From a virus (lineage: Duplodnaviria; Caudoviricetes), in the IMG/VR virus record IMGVR_UViG_3300037851_000312, positions 1 through 37,090 of that record: a stretch of DNA of 37,090 nucleotides. The stretch is one strand, 5' to 3'. The translations under genes and the position numbers were made by a program. Shown here in pieces: positions 17,689 to 26,739 of the stretch; within the stretch, counting starts at the first letter, position 1, and every line of letters begins with the position of its first letter. A model generated the notes under the pieces. That model ran no database searches, was not told the origin of the DNA, and was given only the letters and a program-made list of their open reading frames with translations.

Positions 17689-18845
17689 CATCGAAAGAAC
17701 CGACAACCGACCTCGCCCTCGTCGACCAGCGCACCGGCGCGATCGTCGAGACCGCGCCGACCGCCTTGGAGGCGGCTGCGCGGGCCGAAATCCAGAGCGC
17801 CCTCGTACTCGCGCAGCGAATGCCGCGCGACGAAGAACGGGTGTACGCCGCCCTCCTCCGCTCCTGTCGCCGGTCGTCGTTCGCGGCGCGGACGGAGTAC
17901 TCGTTCAAGCGGGGAAGAAAGAAGACGATCGGCGCGGACGGGCGCGAGGAGTGGGTCGACAACTACGTCACGGGACCGTCCGTCATTCTCGCCCGCGAGG
18001 CCGCCCGGGCGTGGGGAAACATCCGGTACGGCACCGACGTGATCTCCGACGCCGACGACGAACGGACGATCTCCGGCTGGGCGTGGGATTTGGAGACGAA
18101 CACGAAGGTCAGCTACACGGACCGGTTTTCGAAGCTGATCCAGAGGAGGGTCGGGAAGGGCGCGGAGGCGACGACGGAATGGGTGATTCCCGACGAGCGC
18201 GACCTTCGCGAGCTGACGAACCGCCGGGGAGCGATTCTTGAACGTAACGCCATCCTGAAGCTGATCCCGGCCGATTTCGTCGAGGACGCAATCAACGCCG
18301 CCCGCCGCACGTCGGCCTCGGAGGTAGAGTCGGACCCGGACGCTGCCCGCAAAAAACTGGTCCTCGCGTTCGACGAGTTGAACATTCAGGCCGATGCAAT
18401 CGCGGTATACCTCGGCCATCCAATTGCACAAGCGTCGCCAGCCGAGATGGTTAAGCTCAGGGCGATCTGGACCTCGATCCGGGATGGCAACTCGACGTGG
18501 GCGGAGTACGTCAAGCCCGCGACCGACCCGGCCACGGGGCGCCTTTCGGTCGCCGATGTCGTCGCCGGGAAGACCACGACCGGATCGTCCTGCCCGGCGC
18601 ACGGGGCGCACGACGGCGCCCGTTGCCCGACGTGCATGGCTGAGATCGCACGGGCGACCGCCGCGCCGCCGCCAACAAGCCCGCCCATCGCGCCAGAACC
18701 GACCGCCACGGCGCCCACGGCGTCGACGAAGGGGGATGGGCCGACCGCCGCCGTTCAGCGGTCCTGCGACCGCCACGGCGCGTTTCTCGGGCCGTATTGC
18801 CCGGGGTGCGCGACCGAGGAGCCGAAGAAGGGGCGGCGATCGTGA
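17685..18845 (+). CDS. Putative single-strand annealing recombinase with two C-terminal zinc knuckles
   Basis: PRD, GPSVILAREAARAWGNI, AWDLETN, RNAILKLIP motifs of a phage family found beside exonucleases; function inferred from context. Confidence 0.55.
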   Translation: MTSKEPTTDLALVDQRTGAIVETAPTALEAAARAEIQSALVLAQRMPRDEERVYAALLRSCRRSSFAARTEYSFKRGRKKTIGADGREEWVDNYVTGPSVILAREAARAWGNIRYGTDVISDADDERTISGWAWDLETNTKVSYTDRFSKLIQRRVGKGAEATTEWVIPDERDLRELTNRRGAILERNAILKLIPADFVEDAINAARRTSASEVESDPDAARKKLVLAFDELNIQADAIAVYLGHPIAQASPAEMVKLRAIWTSIRDGNSTWAEYVKPATDPATGRLSVADVVAGKTTTGSSCPAHGAHDGARCPTCMAEIARATAAPPPTSPPIAPEPTATAPTASTKGDGPTAAVQRSCDRHGAFLGPYCPGCATEEPKKGRRS

Positions 18846-19018
18846 TCTGGGAGACGGTCGGGCGATCGGTCCTCGACGCGTGGCTCGACGGGTCAACCCT
18901 CTGGTTGCTCGTCGAGCTAACCCGGCACGGCTACGATCCGGCAACGGGGATGCACGTTTACGTGTTCGTCCTCATGCTGGTCGCCCGACGCCTCGCCGAA
19001 GGCCGGTTCCCCCGGTAG
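18842..19018 (+). CDS. Small hypothetical protein
   Basis: GTGA overlap at 18842; 58 aa. Confidence 0.45.
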   Translation: MIWETVGRSVLDAWLDGSTLWLLVELTRHGYDPATGMHVYVFVLMLVARRLAEGRFPR

Positions 19019-19026
19019 TTTTCCGC

Positions 19027-19070
19027 TACAATTCCGCGACACGTCCGGGACGGGGTCCGCCCGTTCCGGA
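19027..19070 (+). promoter_or_regulatory. -10 box and leader hairpin before the replication gene
   Basis: TACAAT 19027-19032; gtccgggacggg...cccgttccggac hairpin abutting the SD. Confidence 0.4.
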
Positions 19071-19081
19071 CCGGGGGGCCG

Positions 19082-20122
19082 ATGTACGGGAAGATCTTCA
19101 AAGAGATTTTTGATTCGTCGCTGCTGGATACCGGCTGGGAAACCGTCTACGTTTTCATGAGCATGATTGTGCTCGCAGACCCGGGCGGCGATGTGGACCT
19201 GACGGTCTCGGGGCTGGCACGACGGATTGCCATGCCGGTCGAGCACGTCGAGCGGGCAATCAACGTTCTGGCGGCGCCGGATCCGCTGAGCCGGTCCGCC
19301 GTTGAGGACGGGCGCCGGATTGTCCCTATCGGGCAGCATCGAGGGTTCCGGATCGTCAATTACCGGGACTATCGCTTCGCCGCCGATCGCGAGGCGATTC
19401 AGCGGCGCTGGCGCGAGGAAAAGCGGCGGGAACGGACCGCCGGAATGTCCAAGACAAATCCCGGAAGCGTCCACGACGATGGACCGGTTGTCTTGGAATG
19501 TCCGCGTTCTGGCCGTCAGGTAAGAGGAGAGAAGAATAGAGAGAGAGACAAAGACTATAACGGCCAAACCGGGGACGCCGAAGGCCCGGAATGGTGGCGG
19601 TCGGAGGCCGAGGCCGCGAAGGTGTTCGACGCCCGGGTCTGGTCGCTGGTGCGGAGGCGCGAGCGGAAAAAGGCGGCGTTCCGGTCGTTCCGGGCGGAGG
19701 TAGCGAGGCACGGCCCGAAGGTCGTCGACCAAATCGAGAAAGCGCTGCGGAACTATGCTGCGCTCGTCGCGGACCGGGAAGACCGATACGTGGCGCAAGG
19801 CGGCACTTTGCTGAACAACTGGCGCGACTATGAGGCGACGCCGATCGCAAGCCCGGGGCGAAAGATCGGGCCGGACGGTTTGACCCTGTCCGCGCCCGAC
19901 GACCGCAAGCCCGGGCCAGACGACCCGCCGGACGACATCGACGCACGGCGGCGCTGGGTGTACCTCCGCCTCCGCGACCGGGTGGCCGCGCTCGGACCGG
20001 CGGGCGGCGCCGACTGGCTGGAGCGATTCAACGAAGCGGTGCGCGAATGGATCTCGGGTTCGCCCGAGACCCGTCTTGCGAAGTGGGCTAAGATGGAAAG
20101 CGAGTTTGGAAAGGAGGCCTGA
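19082..20122 (+). CDS. Replication initiator / replisome organizer
   Basis: YGKIFKEIFDSS, LAD..G, LAAPDPLSRS..EDGRRI, IVNYRDYR N-terminal family motifs; charged linker; TLLNNWRDY. Confidence 0.75.
   Translation: MYGKIFKEIFDSSLLDTGWETVYVFMSMIVLADPGGDVDLTVSGLARRIAMPVEHVERAINVLAAPDPLSRSAVEDGRRIVPIGQHRGFRIVNYRDYRFAADREAIQRRWREEKRRERTAGMSKTNPGSVHDDGPVVLECPRSGRQVRGEKNRERDKDYNGQTGDAEGPEWWRSEAEAAKVFDARVWSLVRRRERKKAAFRSFRAEVARHGPKVVDQIEKALRNYAALVADREDRYVAQGGTLLNNWRDYEATPIASPGRKIGPDGLTLSAPDDRKPGPDDPPDDIDARRRWVYLRLRDRVAALGPAGGADWLERFNEAVREWISGSPETRLAKWAKMESEFGKEA
19442..19560. other. Candidate replication origin inside initiator gene
   Basis: ggaatgtcc x2, 10-bp inverted repeat, GTCCA/TGGAC dyad, then purine-rich A-rich tract 19521-19560. 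Confidence 0.5.
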
Positions 20123-20210
20123 TGTTCGTTTTGGATCCGTTTTGGCAGCGTTCGCGGCGGGGTGGGCGACGGTCGTGTTCATGGAATCGATCGGGGCAAT
20201 CGACCGGTGA
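20106..20210 (+). CDS. Possible 34-aa single-TM peptide
   Basis: TTG start; VRFGSVLAAFAAGWATVVFMESIGAIDR; stop overlaps next GTG. Confidence 0.3.
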   Translation: MERRPDVRFGSVLAAFAAGWATVVFMESIGAIDR

Positions 20211-20449
20211 CGTGTCCGTGCGGCAAACCCGGCGCCCGCGTTCAGGCGGGGTTGTGCGATTCATGCTGGGCGCGTGTGCCGGACCACATGCGCCTCAACG
20301 TCGAGGCCGGACGGTTTCGCGCCGCCGATCAGGCCCGCAACTTTATCACCCTGCGGTTCGCCTCGTACGCAACGCTGCGTCCGAGGCGCCCGCGTTTGCG
20401 CTCGGAGCTGGCGCGTCTCCGAGACCGAAAGGGGGAGGACAATGACTGA
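20207..20449 (+). CDS. Zinc-finger small protein
   Basis: CPC-x12-CDSCW; start uncertain (20162 or 20207). Confidence 0.55.
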   Translation: MTCPCGKPGARVQAGLCDSCWARVPDHMRLNVEAGRFRAADQARNFITLRFASYATLRPRRPRLRSELARLRDRKGEDND

Positions 20450-20957
20450 AATTGACACCGCCGAGTTCGCTGATTTGAGGACTGGGACATTCACCGTGCA
20501 TGTCAAGCGACCCGAGGACCAGACCGCCGACATCGAGCGGACGCTGGCCGCCGCCGCCGCCGCCCTCGCCGACGCGAAAGCGCGGCGCAAAGAGATCGTT
20601 GCGGAGATGGCCGAGGACGTGAAGGCGAAGGAGGACGTTGTCGTCGCGCTGGTGGCGGAATGGCGCGACGACCTCGTTCCGGTCGATATCGCGGGCGTCT
20701 GCGCCTACGATTGGAAAACGAACCGAAAGATCGTGACGGACGCCGCGACCGGAGCCACGTACGGGCCGTTTTCTATCACGGACGCCGACCGGCAGGGGAC
20801 GTTGCCTTTCCCGGTCCCGGTCCCAACGCAGGGGGAGGAGACAAACGCGTGTCCGGGCTGCGGAAAGACCGTCCTTTCCCGGTACGCCCGCCCGGGCGGG
20901 TTCTGCGTGTTTTGCTTCACGGACGCGGCCCGGACGCGGGCCGAAATCGAGCAGTAA
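20442..20957 (+). CDS. Coiled-coil phage protein with clamp-binding-like motif and C-terminal zinc finger
   Basis: SD GGAGG; RQGTLPF; CPGC...CVFC. Confidence 0.7.
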   Translation: MTEIDTAEFADLRTGTFTVHVKRPEDQTADIERTLAAAAAALADAKARRKEIVAEMAEDVKAKEDVVVALVAEWRDDLVPVDIAGVCAYDWKTNRKIVTDAATGATYGPFSITDADRQGTLPFPVPVPTQGEETNACPGCGKTVLSRYARPGGFCVFCFTDAARTRAEIEQ

Positions 20958-20973
20958 ATGAAAGGGGAACGTC

Positions 20974-21549
20974 GTGCGAAACCGAAAACCGCTCGTGCTT
21001 GCGGTTGCCCTCTGGGTGTCACTCGCGTCGTCGTGCAAGCCGAACCGGACGGAGGGATCATCGTCACGACCGGCTGCGTCCACGACGACGGCAACCCGGT
21101 TCGCGTCCGGGGCGCCGAGGCCTTCCACGCCGACGGGTTCCGCGTCGACGTTTACGACACTGGCGCCGTCTGCAAATTCTTCCAGCATCGAGGAGGAGAC
21201 GAAGAGGCCGACTGACGCCGCCGTCCTGCCGGTCCGGGCAACTCTCCGGGATTCCCGGATCGTTGCTGGTACCGGTAATCCGACGCCGACGACGCCATCT
21301 TTGCCGCCGCCGCGAATCCTTCGGGTCAACCCCTATCGCTGCGTTGTCGTCGCCGACGGCGGGTTGACGTACGAGGAGGATCGGATTGTCCGGGCGATTT
21401 CCCAGCCCTTCCCTTGCCCGTTGTGCTGGATGACCGAAGGCTGCCACCCGGAGCAGTGGGACGGGTCACGCTGGTTGATTGTCCGCTACGTGTCGGGAGA
21501 TGCCGTGTCGGGAGATGCGGTGAGCATCCCAGAGAGATGGCCGGAGTGA
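20974..21549 (+). CDS. Putative lipoprotein with S/T/P-rich linker
   Basis: MRNRKPLVLAVALWVSLASSC signal/lipobox; SD AAAGGGG; GTGA overlap with next gene. Confidence 0.55.
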   Translation: MRNRKPLVLAVALWVSLASSCKPNRTEGSSSRPAASTTTATRFASGAPRPSTPTGSASTFTTLAPSANSSSIEEETKRPTDAAVLPVRATLRDSRIVAGTGNPTPTTPSLPPPRILRVNPYRCVVVADGGLTYEEDRIVRAISQPFPCPLCWMTEGCHPEQWDGSRWLIVRYVSGDAVSGDAVSIPERWPE

Positions 21550-21947
21550 AGAAACCGACGCTGAAACGATTGCCGCCGCCAAAAGAGCAGGTGCTTGTCA
21601 AAAGCGTCCTGCAGTGGCTGCGGTTCCGGGGCTGGTTTGCGTGGCGGCAGAATCAGGGCGTCGCTATGCTCCCCGGACGCGGCGGGCGGCTGCAACCCGT
21701 CCGGTTCGCGGGCGTGCCGGGGATCAGCGACGTGATCGGCGTCGCGCCCGACGGGCGGTTCGTCGCGATCGAGTGCAAGCGGCGCCCGAGAAAGCCGACG
21801 CCAGATCAACTCGACTTTCTCGCGAAGATCGCCGCGAGCGGCGGAATCGCTGGGGTCGTCTACGACCTCGCTGACCTCGACCGGATTCTACGGGAGGCGG
21901 CAGCGCAAAAAGGAGCGGTCGACGACCGGTCTCGGGGGACTGAGTGA
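21546..21947 (+). CDS. VRR-NUC domain nuclease (Holliday junction resolvase-like)
   Basis: E..L, GISDVIG, FVAIECK, PTPDQLDFL motifs; start 21546 or 21537. Confidence 0.88.
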   Translation: MKKPTLKRLPPPKEQVLVKSVLQWLRFRGWFAWRQNQGVAMLPGRGGRLQPVRFAGVPGISDVIGVAPDGRFVAIECKRRPRKPTPDQLDFLAKIAASGGIAGVVYDLADLDRILREAAAQKGAVDDRSRGTE

Positions 21948-23431
21948 AAAAGAAAACAAGCCCGACTGTCGTCGTGCGCGAGGGGACGGTGGCGGAGCTG
22001 AAGCAGGATCCGGCGAACGCGAACAAGGGGACGCCGCGCGGTGCGGCAATGCTCGACTATTCCTTGCGCGAGTTTGGCGCCGCGCGGTCCGTCGTCGCCG
22101 ACAAGAACCTCGTCGTCATCGGCGGGAACAAAACGCAGGGGGCGGCGGAAAAGGTCGGGATCGGAGACGCGGTGTTCGTACACACTACCGGAGACCGCCT
22201 TGTCGTGGTCGTCCGGGATGACCTCGACCTCGCGACCGACGTGCGGGCAAAAGAGCTGGCGGTCGCCGACAACCGGATCAGTGAAGCGAACCTAGTCTGG
22301 GACATCGAACAGCTCCGCGCCTACGAGACCGAGGGCGTTCCCTTGACAAACGCCCTCTGGGCCGACGACGAGTTCCGCGCCCTCGTGGGCGCCCGCGACC
22401 CGGAGGACGGCGGCAGCGTTACCGTTCCGGGGCCGAAACTGAATGACCTCTTCGGCGTGCCTCCGTTCAGCGTCCTCGACGCCCGGCAAGGGTACTGGCA
22501 GGACCGGAAGCGAGCGTGGATCGGTCTCGGAATCAAAAGCGAAACGGGGCGCGGCGAAGGCCTCGCGTTCCACACCGAACCGGAGTTCTATGAGGCGAAG
22601 CGGCGCACCGAAAAAGCGCTGGGGCGCACGATGCCCAGCGACGAGTTCCGGCGCGACTATTACCGCCCTCCGGACACGCCGGTGCACTCCAATACGTCGG
22701 TGTTCGACCCGGTGCTTTGTGAGATCGTCTACCGCTGGTTTTCCGCGCCCGGCGCCGTCGTGCTTGACCCGTTCGCGGGCGGCTCCGTCCGGGGCGTTGT
22801 CGCGGCGCTTCTCGGGCGCCGCTATGTCGGCATTGACCTTCGACCCGAGCAGGTTCGCGCGAACGAAGAGCAGTGGGCGGCGATCAAGGCGGCGAAGGAG
22901 ACGCCGGACCCGTGGTGGATCGTGGGCGATTCGCGGATCGCGATGGCGGAAGGCGGCGACCGGCATGACCTCGTCTTCACCTGCCCGCCGTACTTCGATC
23001 TTGAAACGTACTCGGACGACCCGGCGGACCTGTCGAATATGAAGTGGGGCGAGTTTTTGATCGCCTACCGGACGATCATTCGCCTCGCCGCCGATCGCCT
23101 CGCCGCCGATCGCTTTTTCGTCATCGTCGTCGGCGAGGTGCGCGACCCGGACGGGATTTACCGCTCGTTCGTGCCGGAGACGATCGCCGCGTGCGAATCG
23201 TCCGGGCTGCGGTTCTACAACGACATCACGCTGCTGACCGTTTGCGGATCGGCGGCGTTTCGCGCGAAAAAACAGTTCTCGACGACCCGGAAGGTCGTCA
23301 AGACGCACCAGAATGTACTCGTGTTCGTGAAGGGCGACCCGCGACGCGCGACCGAAGCCGCCGGGGTCGCGACCGGGTGGACGGACATCGTTCCGGCGGA
23401 ATGGGAGGAGGAAGTAGATGGTACCGCATAG
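21944..23431 (+). CDS. ParB-like N-terminal domain fused to amino-DNA methyltransferase
   Basis: DPANAN..SLREFG..GN..ADNRISE; VLDPFAGG SAM motif; FTCPPY catalytic motif. Confidence 0.88.
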   Translation: MKKKTSPTVVVREGTVAELKQDPANANKGTPRGAAMLDYSLREFGAARSVVADKNLVVIGGNKTQGAAEKVGIGDAVFVHTTGDRLVVVVRDDLDLATDVRAKELAVADNRISEANLVWDIEQLRAYETEGVPLTNALWADDEFRALVGARDPEDGGSVTVPGPKLNDLFGVPPFSVLDARQGYWQDRKRAWIGLGIKSETGRGEGLAFHTEPEFYEAKRRTEKALGRTMPSDEFRRDYYRPPDTPVHSNTSVFDPVLCEIVYRWFSAPGAVVLDPFAGGSVRGVVAALLGRRYVGIDLRPEQVRANEEQWAAIKAAKETPDPWWIVGDSRIAMAEGGDRHDLVFTCPPYFDLETYSDDPADLSNMKWGEFLIAYRTIIRLAADRLAADRFFVIVVGEVRDPDGIYRSFVPETIAACESSGLRFYNDITLLTVCGSAAFRAKKQFSTTRKVVKTHQNVLVFVKGDPRRATEAAGVATGWTDIVPAEWEEEVDGTA

Positions 23432-23693
23432 CGTTCGCGTAACCCGCTGCCGATCCTGCAACGCCGAGATCTTCTGGGGCGTGATCGGTCAGGACGGGCG
23501 GAAGATACCGGTCGACGCCACGGCGACCGAGGACGGAAACCTCAGCGTAGATTGGCCCAGAGACCCGGAGTTCCCCCCCCGCGTCGAGGCCCTCGGCGTC
23601 GGCGTGGCCCGGGCGCGACGGGCCGCCGGGGAAAGCCTCTATCGGACGCATTTCGCGACCTGCCCGAACGCCGCAAAGCACCGTAAACGGTAA
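23418..23693 (+). CDS. Conserved phage zinc-binding protein
   Basis: CRSC.AEIFW...GRKIPVD...HFATCP. Confidence 0.75.
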   Translation: MVPHSVRVTRCRSCNAEIFWGVIGQDGRKIPVDATATEDGNLSVDWPRDPEFPPRVEALGVGVARARRAAGESLYRTHFATCPNAAKHRKR

Positions 23694-23698
23694 TCACA

Positions 23699-24301
23699 AT
23701 GGGAAACGCAGACGACGAGGCACTCCGGCGGCGGCGCGAACGGACAAAGCTCTATCTGGTGTCCGGCTACTCGCAGCGCGAGATGACGGACGCGTTCATC
23801 GCCGAAGGCCTGATGCCGGGTCACAATTCGCATCCGGCGGTTCCGCCAAACCAGACGTGTCCGTCGTGCTACGCCGCCGTCCGGAAGGACGTGCGGCGCC
23901 TTGTGGACGCAATGGACGACGACGCTGGCGTGGTGCCCGGGGCGGCGCGTTGGATTTACGTCCAGCGCATGGAACGGCTGTACCGCGACGCGATTGCCGA
24001 GGTGCTGCGACCGCCCGTCATCCGGACGACGACGACGAAACGCCTGAACGGCGACGGGACGCCCGGAAGGGTCACCGTCACCGAGGAGTTGGAGGACCGG
24101 GCGGCGACCCGCGCGAAGGCGCTGGCGTTGGCGCTCGACGCCGCTGAACGATCGGCACTAGCGCAGGGCGTCGACACCCGCCGCCCAGCCGTGGCCGCCC
24201 TCCGCGACGAATGGGTCGCGGTGGTCGATCAGTTTGGAATCTTGCGGCTGGAGCGGAGAGAGGAACGAAATGCCGAACCGCCAGACTCTGAGCTAAACTG
24301 A
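23699..24301 (+). CDS. Putative terminase small subunit / HTH protein
   Basis: LYLVSGYSQREM HTH start, AVRKDV helix, central beta-hairpin, terminal helix ending LAQGVD; follows MTase as small terminases often do. Confidence 0.5.
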   Translation: MGNADDEALRRRRERTKLYLVSGYSQREMTDAFIAEGLMPGHNSHPAVPPNQTCPSCYAAVRKDVRRLVDAMDDDAGVVPGAARWIYVQRMERLYRDAIAEVLRPPVIRTTTTKRLNGDGTPGRVTVTEELEDRAATRAKALALALDAAERSALAQGVDTRRPAVAALRDEWVAVVDQFGILRLERREERNAEPPDSELN

Positions 24302-24318
24302 CGCAAAGGGGGGGAGTC

Positions 24319-24411
24319 ATGACTTTGCGAACCAAAAACGCGTCGACGATCCTGCTGTCGATGGGCCTGTTTGCGATCGCGGCCCTGTTGGGCTGGCTCG
24401 TCGCTCAGTAA
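24319..24411 (+). CDS. 30-aa single-TM peptide (below ORF track cut-off)
   Basis: MTLRTKNASTILLSMGLFAIAALLGWLVAQ; G-rich SD. Confidence 0.55.
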   Translation: MTLRTKNASTILLSMGLFAIAALLGWLVAQ

Positions 24412-24421
24412 GGGGGGAATC

Positions 24422-24739
24422 TTGGACCTGACGCAAAAACACAAAACGACGCAGCGCCCGATCAACGCGACCGACGTGCCGGACGGGAAACTGCTCGTTC
24501 AGTTTGTCTTCAACCACGGGGGAAACCTGCTTGTCTGGAACGGCATCGGCGACGCCCGCGAGTTTGCCCTCGCAGACGCGACGCGACGCAAGTTCGTCTG
24601 GGCCGTCCTCGCCGCCGTCGTGTCAATGATCTGCGCCGTCTACGACCTGCGTCCGGCAATGATCGAACAGGATCCAGCCCTCGAAACCGACCTGCTCGCG
24701 CCCGACGGGACGCGGGCGTACCGGACACCGACAAACTGA
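24422..24739 (+). CDS. Hypothetical protein
   Basis: SD AAGGGGGG 24410-24417, TTG 24422. Confidence 0.55.
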   Translation: MDLTQKHKTTQRPINATDVPDGKLLVQFVFNHGGNLLVWNGIGDAREFALADATRRKFVWAVLAAVVSMICAVYDLRPAMIEQDPALETDLLAPDGTRAYRTPTN

Positions 24740-24766
24740 CAAACCCGAGACCGAGGAACGACGACG

Positions 24767-25318
24767 ATGAAGGCAACGGCAGGAGCAACGGGACGGGCGT
24801 CGGCGATTGTCGACGCGACCGCGTCGACGACGCACGAGGCGAAAATCAAGCAGCACTACCGGATTGAGTGCCGTGATCGCAACGGCAACGTGAAGTGGGT
24901 CGAGGACATCGACAACCTCGTCACCACCGTCGGAAAGAACAAGTATCTCGACTCGACCATCAAAACGGGCGTGTCGTCGCCAACGTGGTACCTCGGCCTG
25001 AAGGGCGCCGGGACGGCGGTCGCCGCCGACACCATGGCGTCTCACGCGACGTGGTCCGAAATCTACTCGGAATATTCACAGGCGACGCGGCCAGCGTTCA
25101 CGCCCGGGACGATCGCGGCGGGCGCGGTCGACAACGCCGCCGCCAAGGCGGTCTTCTCGTTTACCGGCACGGCGACTGTCGCCGGGGCGTTCTGCGTCAA
25201 CAACTCGACGAAGAACGGGACGACCGGCGATCTCCTCGGCGTCGGCGATTTTTCGGCCTCTCGCCCGCTCGTCAACGGCGACACGCTGAGCGTCGAGTTC
25301 AGCCTGACGATCGCGTGA
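24767..25318 (+). CDS. Virion structural beta-protein (fibre-associated)
   Basis: NLVTTVGKN, WYLGL, GDLL, NGDTLSVEFSLT pattern common in phage fibre/attachment proteins. Confidence 0.6.
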   Translation: MKATAGATGRASAIVDATASTTHEAKIKQHYRIECRDRNGNVKWVEDIDNLVTTVGKNKYLDSTIKTGVSSPTWYLGLKGAGTAVAADTMASHATWSEIYSEYSQATRPAFTPGTIAAGAVDNAAAKAVFSFTGTATVAGAFCVNNSTKNGTTGDLLGVGDFSASRPLVNGDTLSVEFSLTIA

Positions 25319-25322
25319 ACCT

Positions 25323-26309
25323 ATGCCGATCGCTGCGCGAGCCTCCGGCGTCTGGGCGTCGAGCGTGGCGGCAAGCCACACTGTGGCGCTGCCATCCTAC
25401 GAGCCGGGGAATCTCGGGTTGCTCGTCGTGGTGTCGAAAAGCTACCTGTTCGCCGCGACGGAGATCAGTCAAGGCTGGACGATTCTCGTAGACGACGCGA
25501 CCGGGGCAACGGCTGTCGGGAACGGCGTGGGGTCGCTGCGTCTCCTCGTGGCGTGGAAGATCCTCGGCGTCGGCGAAGTCGCGCCGACGGTGTCGCGAGC
25601 CGGGTCGGTCACGGCGGGGGCGGTAATCGTCACGTTGAGCAAGGCCGCGAACGAGACGTGGTCCGTCGCGCGGCTGTCGTCGACGGCGGAAACCGTAGAA
25701 CAAAACTTCGTCCACGCGTTGACCACGACCGCGACGATCGACGCTGGGGACTGGGTGTATGCCGTCACTGGGGTTGCCGACGATTCCAGCCCGTTCACCC
25801 GGCCCACAGACGCGATCTCTGGCGGACCCGACTGGACCTCGTCGATGGTTCGAACGCCAGCGGTCAACTTCTCGTCAACAGCAGGAGCGGACCTCGCCGC
25901 CGATCAGGTGCGCCGAACGGCTGCCACGACGGTCGGCTCAGGGGCGAATCTGGCGGTAACCGGGTCGCTATTCGACGTTGAGCGCTGCGGGTCCGTGTTG
26001 TTCAAGGTCAGGGTCACCGCAGACTACGGCGACGCCATCGCCGAAACCGTCACGGCGGAGGCAACCGCAGTCGACGAGGCGTGGGTCACCGCCGGAGCGA
26101 CCGCAGGGGCGAACGCCGCCAGCGGCGCGGTGGCGGACTACGTTGCGGCAGCGTCCGGGGCGGCGGCGGCAATGGGCGCCGCCCGTCCGATCAAGCGGTC
26201 TGCCGCGTTGGCGGCGACGACCGGGCGCTGGATTGCCGACGCGCCGGACGATCGGGCCGTAGCGGGCGACGACGACGACGACGGATGGAGGGTGACCGAT
26301 GAACGTTGA
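25323..26309 (+). CDS. Putative fibre/adhesin-like virion protein
   Basis: Ala/Thr/Val-rich beta sequence, GWT, AWK, AGD motifs; between two structural genes. Confidence 0.55.
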   Translation: MPIAARASGVWASSVAASHTVALPSYEPGNLGLLVVVSKSYLFAATEISQGWTILVDDATGATAVGNGVGSLRLLVAWKILGVGEVAPTVSRAGSVTAGAVIVTLSKAANETWSVARLSSTAETVEQNFVHALTTTATIDAGDWVYAVTGVADDSSPFTRPTDAISGGPDWTSSMVRTPAVNFSSTAGADLAADQVRRTAATTVGSGANLAVTGSLFDVERCGSVLFKVRVTADYGDAIAETVTAEATAVDEAWVTAGATAGANAASGAVADYVAAASGAAAAMGAARPIKRSAALAATTGRWIADAPDDRAVAGDDDDDGWRVTDER

Positions 26310-26610
26310 CCGCTTCCCGACAATGGACCCGGACGAGGTCCGTGACGTAACGTTCGACTTTGCCGCTCAGGTGTCGACTACCGACACGGCGTTTGTCGCC
26401 GCAACCGTCACGGCGACCGTGATTGTGGGGACGGACCCGAATCCTTCGGCGGTGCTTGTCGGGCTGCCGGACTACGCGACCTTCCCCAGCGTAGTCCAGC
26501 GGGTCACGGGTGGCCTGACCGGGGTGACGTACAAAATCCGCTGCCTCGCCGTCACCGACGGCGGGCAGGAGATCCTGATCGCGGGTCTCCTGCCCGTCCG
26601 GCAAGCGTGA
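26299..26610 (+). CDS. Fibre-tail adaptor-like protein
   Basis: DPDEVRDVTFDF...VTGGLTGVTYKIRC..VT..G pattern. Confidence 0.65.
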   Translation: MNVDRFPTMDPDEVRDVTFDFAAQVSTTDTAFVAATVTATVIVGTDPNPSAVLVGLPDYATFPSVVQRVTGGLTGVTYKIRCLAVTDGGQEILIAGLLPVRQA

Positions 26611-26739
26611 GCTACTGAAGGCGGATCACGTCGCCGCGCTCCCAGACGACGGACCCCGAACTCGTTTACGTCGATCTCCGGATCCGACGCGACGAAAATC
26701 GCGCAGCGCGAGGACCCGACGGGCCGTTGTCAAGCCCGA

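Noticed and set aside
26726-26734. TTGACA on the minus strand
   Set aside because: No plausible -10 at 16-18 bp and no credible leftward gene
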